Shown here piece by piece: positions 58,758-64,000 of a stretch of 64,000 bases of DNA. The notes beneath the pieces are model-generated. The model made no database searches. It saw only the letters and a list, made by a program, of their open reading frames with translations, and was not told the DNA's origin. Location of the stretch: NCBI GenBank assembly GCA_018814355.1, contig JAHIZT010000033.1:943-64942 (forward strand), given 5' to 3'. The stretch comes from Thermoplasmatota archaeon (GTDB lineage Archaea > Thermoplasmatota > Thermoplasmata > UBA10834). The translations under genes were made by a program, and so were the position numbers. Position 1 is the first letter of the stretch; the number at the start of each line of letters is the position of its first letter.

Positions 58758-60230
58758 ATGGCGGAGGAGGAGAAGAAGGCCCCGAAGAAGATCGTGCCCA
58801 AGAAGTACCCGATGCCAGAGCAGAAGCCCGAGGAGCGGGTCCACAACTTCAACGAGGTCCCGGTCGGTCAGGACGCGCAGACAGCGATTCTCGAAGCACA
58901 GAGGTGCCTCCAGTGCAAGCGCGGCCCCAACAGGAAGCTGTGCATGGACGGATGCCCGGTCGAGATCGACATCCCAGCCTTCATCAAGAAGACCCAGGAG
59001 GGGAACTTCGAGGAAGCGATCAAGATCATAAGAGAGAAGCAGAACCTGCCAGCCGTCTGCGGCAGGGTCTGCCCATACGAGAACCAGTGCGAGGGACTCT
59101 GCATTGTCGGGAAGAAGAACGAGCCTGTGGGCATTGGCAGGCTCGAGAGGTTCCTCGCGGACTGGGAGAGAAACGAGCAGAAGCACGGCAAGATAGAGTT
59201 GCCTGCTCCTACGGGGAAGAAGATCGCGGTCGTCGGTGGCGGTCCTGCCGGCCTGACGGTCGCGGGTGACCTCGCGAGAATCGGCCACAAGGTCACGATC
59301 TTCGAGGCGTTGCAGTACTGCGGCGGAGTGTTGATCTACGGCATCCCGGAGTTCAGGCTGCCCAAGGAGATCGTTCGCTCGGAGGTCGACTACATCCGAA
59401 GGAGCGGCGTGGAGATCCACAATGACTACGTGATCGGGAAGCTCGACACGGTCGATGATCTCCTCAAGGAGTACGATGTTGTGTTCGTCGGCACTGGTGC
59501 CGGCCTGCCCGACTGGACCAACCTGCCTGGAGAGAATCTCAACGGCATCCTGTCAGCGAACGAGTATCTCACAAGAGTCAACCTGATGAAGGGTTACAGG
59601 TTCCCCGAGTACGACACGCCGATACGCGTGGGCGAACGCGTGGTGACGATCGGTGGCGGAAACGTCGCGATGGACTGCGCAAGGACTTCCCTGAGGCTGG
59701 GCTGCAAGGAGTCGGTGATCCTCTACAGGAGGTCCGATGCCGAGCTGCCGGCCAGGCGCGAGGAGGTTCACCACGCGAAGGATGAAGGCGTAAGGTTCGA
59801 GCTGCTTGCAGCCCCGCTCGAGTTCATAGGCGATGACTGCGGGAACGTGAGACAGGTGAAGGCTATCAGGATGCAGCTGGGAGAGCCGGACGCGTCCGGA
59901 AGGAGACGGCCGATCAAGATCCCGGGCTCTGAGTTCCTGATCGATGCGCAGACCGTTCTGATCGCCATCGGCCAGAGCCCGAACCCGCTGGTGCCCATGA
60001 CCACCCCCGACCTGAAGACCACGAAGGAGGGAACGATTGCAGTCGACTCCGAGGGCAGGACATCGAAGAAGGGAGTGTTCGCTGGCGGTGACATAGCGTC
60101 CGGAGCTGCGACCGTCATCCTCGCCATGGGCGACGGGAAGCGGGCTGCGAAGGCGATGCACAAGTATCTCACGGAGGACCCGTCTTGGCCCTCACCTGAG
60201 GTCTTCGAGAAGCTTTCCTGCGAGATGTAG
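58758..60230 (+). CDS. NfnB/SudA-like (GltD-homologous) NADPH-dependent flavoprotein
   Basis: EAQRCLQC, CPVEIDIP, GRVCP.E.QCE, GGGPAG, GGGNVAMD and FAGGD motifs. Confidence 0.92.
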   Translation: MAEEEKKAPKKIVPKKYPMPEQKPEERVHNFNEVPVGQDAQTAILEAQRCLQCKRGPNRKLCMDGCPVEIDIPAFIKKTQEGNFEEAIKIIREKQNLPAVCGRVCPYENQCEGLCIVGKKNEPVGIGRLERFLADWERNEQKHGKIELPAPTGKKIAVVGGGPAGLTVAGDLARIGHKVTIFEALQYCGGVLIYGIPEFRLPKEIVRSEVDYIRRSGVEIHNDYVIGKLDTVDDLLKEYDVVFVGTGAGLPDWTNLPGENLNGILSANEYLTRVNLMKGYRFPEYDTPIRVGERVVTIGGGNVAMDCARTSLRLGCKESVILYRRSDAELPARREEVHHAKDEGVRFELLAAPLEFIGDDCGNVRQVKAIRMQLGEPDASGRRRPIKIPGSEFLIDAQTVLIAIGQSPNPLVPMTTPDLKTTKEGTIAVDSEGRTSKKGVFAGGDIASGAATVILAMGDGKRAAKAMHKYLTEDPSWPSPEVFEKLSCEM

Positions 60231-60353
60231 GAGGTCTCGAGGAACCGCCGAAACCCCTTCCATTTCCTTGCTCAGGTCATTTCTTTTAAAAAGTGCTAAA
60301 TCCATCTCAGCAAATTGATGCTTGAATGAATTCTGAGCAACAAGCCCAGCATC

Positions 60354-62174
60354 TCATGATTGCACTTTGAGAGGAAGCGTGACATGGAAAGTGCTCCCGG
60401 AACCCTTCCTGCTCTCGAACCACATCTCTCCGCCGTGCCTCCTTACTATCTCCCTGCTCGTGTACAGGCCTATCCCGATCCTGCCGTCCTCTCGTATCAG
60501 GCCGGCATCTGCCAGGAAGAACCTGTTGAACAGCTTGTCATGGTCCTCGTCGGCAATGCCTATGCCGTTGTCCCTGACCCAAAGGTGGACCTTGCCTCCC
60601 AGTATGTCCGCCCCGATCGTGATCTTCCCGCCTGGGTTCGTGTACTTGACCGCGTTGCCTACGAGGTTACTGATGACATCATGGATCCTCATCCTGTCGG
60701 CGTTCACTATGGGGAGGTCGTTCCCGAAGAGGATCGTCACCGTGTGGTTCTTTGACTTGATCTCACGGTCAAGGTCCTCGACGACCTCCCTGGTCACCAT
60801 GGCGACATTCGCCGGCTCGAACTCCAATGCCAGGGTCTTCTTCTGGAGCCTCGACATCTCAAGCATCGTAGACACCAGCATGTTGATCCTGTTGACCTGT
60901 TCGAGGATGTTGCCGAACTTGTCCTTCATCTTCGGCGTGATATCGCCGTACATCCCGGCGGAGGCCATCTCGACGTATCCCAGTATCGTCGTGAGCGGCG
61001 TCCTCAGCTCGTGCGATATCGTGTCCACGAGGCTGTCCTTCATCTTGTCCAAGTCCTTCATGTCCTCATATGCCTTCTGGGTGGCCTCCAAATTCTGCGT
61101 CTGTTCCTCCCTCAGCCTCGCATTCTCAATAGCTATCGCTGCGTGCGCCGCGAAAGGTTCTGCGACCGCCCACTCGACGCTGGTGAACTTCTTGCTCTTG
61201 TCCCTGTAGAGCTCGAGCACGCCCTCCACTCCGTGCCTGCCCTTCAACGGTATGGCCATTATTGTCTGGCGTATCTCCAGGTCTTCGATGCCCGGGATGT
61301 TCTCTACCCGCTGGTCGTCTATTGAGTCCTCGACGATGTCCACCTTGCCCAACCTCGCTACCTCGCCGGCAAGGCCCGATATCGGCCCGATGTCGGCCAT
61401 CACGTCCCCCGCGTAGGGGCCTGTGGCGTAGATCGGGATCAGGAGCCCTTTGTTCCAGTCGACCAGATATACGCTCACCTCATCGAACGGGACGAGATCG
61501 TTGAGTGTGTCTGCGATTTTCCTAAGAGTATCCTTCAAATCCGCCGTCTGCTGCAAGGACACCGCGGTGTCCAGTAGCGCCCTGAAAAGCTTCACCGTTC
61601 TATTCAGCTGTGCAACCAACTTGGCGTTGGCGACGGCTATCGAGACCAAGCTTGAGAACAACTCCAGGTTCTGCACCAGGTCCGGCGACGGCAGCTTGTG
61701 GTCTCTGGGGCCATCTGGTTCGAGGAGTCCGATCGCCTTTCCGTTCGCGTCCTCGAAGAGGACATAGAGCACGTCCAGCTCATGCCAATCGCCGTCGTGT
61801 GCACGTGGCAGTGCTGCCCGGTCAGCGTGCAGGACGCTGTAGTAACTTGCGCCGGTCTCGCCCGGTTTGGACTTGTAGAGGTAGGTGAACCTCCCGAGCT
61901 TCTGAGAAGCGGCAAGATTCTCGTTCAAGAAATCCTTGGAGATTGTGAATCCAGCAACCTTGTTCTCGATGTCGCTCGGGAACCCCTTGCTGACCTTCAA
62001 GACGAAGTTGTCTCTAGTCTCGTCGAGAAGGAACGCATCGCAGGCTTCGAATCCGAAATCGTCTGTGACGCTGTCTACTATCATCTTCAGAATCGCGTCG
62101 ACGTCCTGGGAGCCTAGAATGTGAGTGGTTATTTCGAGGGTCTTGTCGCGTCTCCTTTCTTGCACGAACTGCAT
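60354..62174 (-). CDS. GAF-GAF sensor histidine kinase
   Basis: SHELRTPLT, NLVGNAVKY, DNGIGI, IGLY and GSTF motifs. Confidence 0.93.
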   Translation of the reverse strand: MQFVQERRRDKTLEITTHILGSQDVDAILKMIVDSVTDDFGFEACDAFLLDETRDNFVLKVSKGFPSDIENKVAGFTISKDFLNENLAASQKLGRFTYLYKSKPGETGASYYSVLHADRAALPRAHDGDWHELDVLYVLFEDANGKAIGLLEPDGPRDHKLPSPDLVQNLELFSSLVSIAVANAKLVAQLNRTVKLFRALLDTAVSLQQTADLKDTLRKIADTLNDLVPFDEVSVYLVDWNKGLLIPIYATGPYAGDVMADIGPISGLAGEVARLGKVDIVEDSIDDQRVENIPGIEDLEIRQTIMAIPLKGRHGVEGVLELYRDKSKKFTSVEWAVAEPFAAHAAIAIENARLREEQTQNLEATQKAYEDMKDLDKMKDSLVDTISHELRTPLTTILGYVEMASAGMYGDITPKMKDKFGNILEQVNRINMLVSTMLEMSRLQKKTLALEFEPANVAMVTREVVEDLDREIKSKNHTVTILFGNDLPIVNADRMRIHDVISNLVGNAVKYTNPGGKITIGADILGGKVHLWVRDNGIGIADEDHDKLFNRFFLADAGLIREDGRIGIGLYTSREIVRRHGGEMWFESRKGSGSTFHVTLPLKVQS

Positions 62175-62270
62175 TCATGCGTCGGGGTGTATTTCTCACT
62201 TTTGCATGGACCGTCTCGGGAGAGTTGGGTCCTCCTGCGAACCCTTTTATTCCCCCCGCCCTCGGTCACC

Positions 62271-62301
62271 AATGGTTGTGCAAGAATATTGCACAACCAT
62301 T
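62271..62301. promoter_or_regulatory. Perfect 13-bp inverted repeat AATGGTTGTGCAA-N5-TTGCACAACCATT
   Basis: Exact reverse complements; 35 nt upstream of the ferredoxin ATG. Confidence 0.65.
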
Positions 62302-62335
62302 ATCAACCACATCCTGCATGCTAGCGGCAGATAGT

Positions 62336-62521
62336 ATGCCTGTCAAATTCAATCAAGAGCTCTGCGACCTGAACCCCTACTGCCCCGTCGTGAGGGCCTG
62401 TCCCAAGGGCGCGCTGTTCGTTGACAAGAAGACCTTCAGACCGACCTTCAATGAAGACGAGTGCAGTGGGTGCGGAGTATGCGTATCGAGCTGTCCCAGA
62501 GGCGCTGTGTTCGAGGAGTAG
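62336..62521 (+). CDS. Small ferredoxin, 61 aa
   Basis: CDLNPYCPVVRACP and CSGCGVCVSSCP. Confidence 0.88.
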   Translation: MPVKFNQELCDLNPYCPVVRACPKGALFVDKKTFRPTFNEDECSGCGVCVSSCPRGAVFEE

Positions 62522-62525
62522 CTAA

Positions 62526-62936
62526 TCAGGTCTTTTTCCAGAAGAAGCCGCAGTAGCACTTGCCGTTCTTGTCGACATCGCCCGCCCTTGTGGGCTGGCA
62601 GGGGCACTGGTATTCGGGCACATGCAGCATGCGGCACGGGCAGTAGAAATCTCCGAACCTCTTGTTCTTGCCAATGAGCCCTTCAATGATGTCTTCTTTC
62701 ATGTCGTTGAAGAAATACCCGCGCAGTCTGGCGTACTCCTCCGCTCTCTCCCGGATCTCCTTCTCCGAACCCTTCTCGGGCCTCTCGCTGGTCCAGCCCT
62801 CACGTGACTTGACAAGCCTGAGTTTCTGCCCGCATACAGGGCATATGACAATGCTCCCCGTCTTCCAGCCGTCGACGAACTTGAACTTCGCCTGGCAGAC
62901 GGGGCAGTATATCCTTTCTGGCTTCTGGTCGCTCAT
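62526..62936 (-). CDS. Ferredoxin:thioredoxin reductase catalytic-subunit family with N-terminal zinc ribbon
   Basis: CPVC..CPVCG N-domain; CPCR, CPC and CYCG motifs. Confidence 0.87.
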   Translation of the reverse strand: MSDQKPERIYCPVCQAKFKFVDGWKTGSIVICPVCGQKLRLVKSREGWTSERPEKGSEKEIRERAEEYARLRGYFFNDMKEDIIEGLIGKNKRFGDFYCPCRMLHVPEYQCPCQPTRAGDVDKNGKCYCGFFWKKT

Positions 62937-63184
62937 AGCTTCAGGACCTTCTTCAGCTTCGACTCATCGTGTCCCACGATGATCTCCTTGCCGACTACCA
63001 CGACGGGAAACGACCTCCTGCCTGTGAGCTTCTCGATCTCTTCGAGTACCTCGTCCTGCTTTGCGTCATCCAGGAGATCGACCTCGATGCATTCGTACGC
63101 GATCTTGTGATCGTCCAGGAACCGTCTCGTGCGTTTGCAGTACGGGCACGTGCTCAATGCATAGACCTTCGGTTTCTCAGCCAT
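62933..63184 (-). CDS. Glutaredoxin (NrdH-like)
   Basis: STCPYC, SFPV and IVGHD motifs; ATG 63184. Confidence 0.9.
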   Translation of the reverse strand: MAEKPKVYALSTCPYCKRTRRFLDDHKIAYECIEVDLLDDAKQDEVLEEIEKLTGRRSFPVVVVGKEIIVGHDESKLKKVLKL

Positions 63185-63284
63185 TGTAATCACTCTCTTC
63201 AACAGGACAGCTTCTCGTCTTCTGCCTGAAGATGAAATCAGTAGGATAATAGGTTTTTCCAGAACAATAGCAGACCAGGGAGCC

Positions 63285-64000
63285 TCAGCCAGTCGCCTTT
63301 TCGAGGATCTTCCTGCAAATGGCCAGCTGCTTCGACACCAGGGCATGCATATCGTCGTCCCTGAAACGGACCTTCACGTTCTCGTGCAGGTAGTCAGAGC
63401 TGCCCTTGCCGCCCCATTCGCCGAAGATGAGGGTCTCCTCGTTGTCGAGGGAGACCAGGCCGAGCGTGAGCGCGAGGTCGTACAACAGGTTGGACAGGTT
63501 CCATGGATCTATCCGCGCGTGTTCAGGGACCGCGAACGGCAGCTCTAGCTGCAAGGTCATCAGCTCGCTGGTCCGAGCATGGTTGATCATGTCCTCATCC
63601 GCCGTGAGCAGAAAGACGTCGTAGTCCCCTTGGCGAGCCCATTGCTTGTACGACTGGGCGATGGCGATGTCGTTCTCCTCCCTGCCCCTGACCTGTGTGC
63701 CCTTGATCCTCAGAGCCCTTAGCTCGCTCAGCAGATAGGTCATCTCGTTGAAGGCGAGCTTGGCGATCCTCTCTCGCCTCCCGCTGCCGTTGGAGAACTC
63801 TCTCAGGAGCTCGGCGTGTCCCATCACCGCCGCCAGGCCCTGGATCTCCTCCCTTGAGTACTTGTGGGTTATCCTAGAATCGATCTCCATCTGTACGATC
63901 TCGCTGACCACATATCTGAAGTCGTGAGCATCGACGGTCTCCCCTGTCGATTGATTGGTCATCGGGAGATGCCTTGACAGGAACCTATCGTAGAGTATGT
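63285..64000 (-). CDS. PIN-domain-like protein, 5' end beyond the window
   Basis: Frame stays open to the window edge (ILYDRFLSRHLPM); V..EI, NDIAI and LLTADEDM acidic motifs. Confidence 0.7.
   Translation of the reverse strand, partial: ILYDRFLSRHLPMTNQSTGETVDAHDFRYVVSEIVQMEIDSRITHKYSREEIQGLAAVMGHAELLREFSNGSGRRERIAKLAFNEMTYLLSELRALRIKGTQVRGREENDIAIAQSYKQWARQGDYDVFLLTADEDMINHARTSELMTLQLELPFAVPEHARIDPWNLSNLLYDLALTLGLVSLDNEETLIFGEWGGKGSSDYLHENVKVRFRDDDMHALVSKQLAICRKILEKATG

Noticed and set aside
58758-60230. Calling this gene the GltD beta subunit of the upstream glutamate synthase
   Set aside because: It is paired with an NfnA/SudB-like gene under a separate promoter, which is the NfnAB/SudAB arrangement.
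89-63624. The many short overlapping or antisense ORFs in the track
   Set aside because: They overlap motif-supported genes and have Arg/Pro/Ser-rich off-frame composition.
1-64000. Genome-wide reassignment of TAG to an amino acid
   Set aside because: TAG ends several conserved proteins at their expected C-termini (gdh 37901, epimerase 23419, Zn-dehydrogenase 43434, NfnB 60230, ferredoxin 62521).

Overview
GC-rich archaeal chromosomal window. The lineage is most consistent with Thermoplasmatota, possibly a Methanomassiliicoccales-related group. This is an inference from Top6A/B, a single-OB SSB, a PEF-CTERM tail, many zinc-ribbon membrane proteins and GGAGG/GGTGA RBSs. Contents in order: (1) a trp operon with a TrpD-TrpC fusion; (2) an envelope-type locus with three FtsX/MacB-like permeases, a LolD-like ATPase, a DUF1616-like gene split by one in-frame TAG, zinc-ribbon and TPR membrane proteins, and a PEF-CTERM surface protein carrying a (TNGR)21 tract; (3) housekeeping genes (top6AB, carbamate kinase, DRG GTPase, hisS, gdh, SSB); (4) a translationally coupled four-gene non-canonical glutamate synthase operon behind a structured leader, followed by an NfnAB-like pair; (5) a ferredoxin/FTR/glutaredoxin group. 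Mobile DNA: an IS607-family element with intact tnpB but only a tnpA stub (25395-26759); a 286-bp internally deleted relative missed by the ORF track that keeps only the left end and the omega-RNA scaffold (11621-11906); and an IS200 tnpA fragment. Best leads: the stand-alone omega-RNA copy, the glutamate synthase operon with two degenerate subunits and a riboswitch-like leader, the TNGR protein and the in-frame amber codon. I recognised no tRNA, rRNA or CRISPR array. All assignments come from motif reading by eye; no database search was run.
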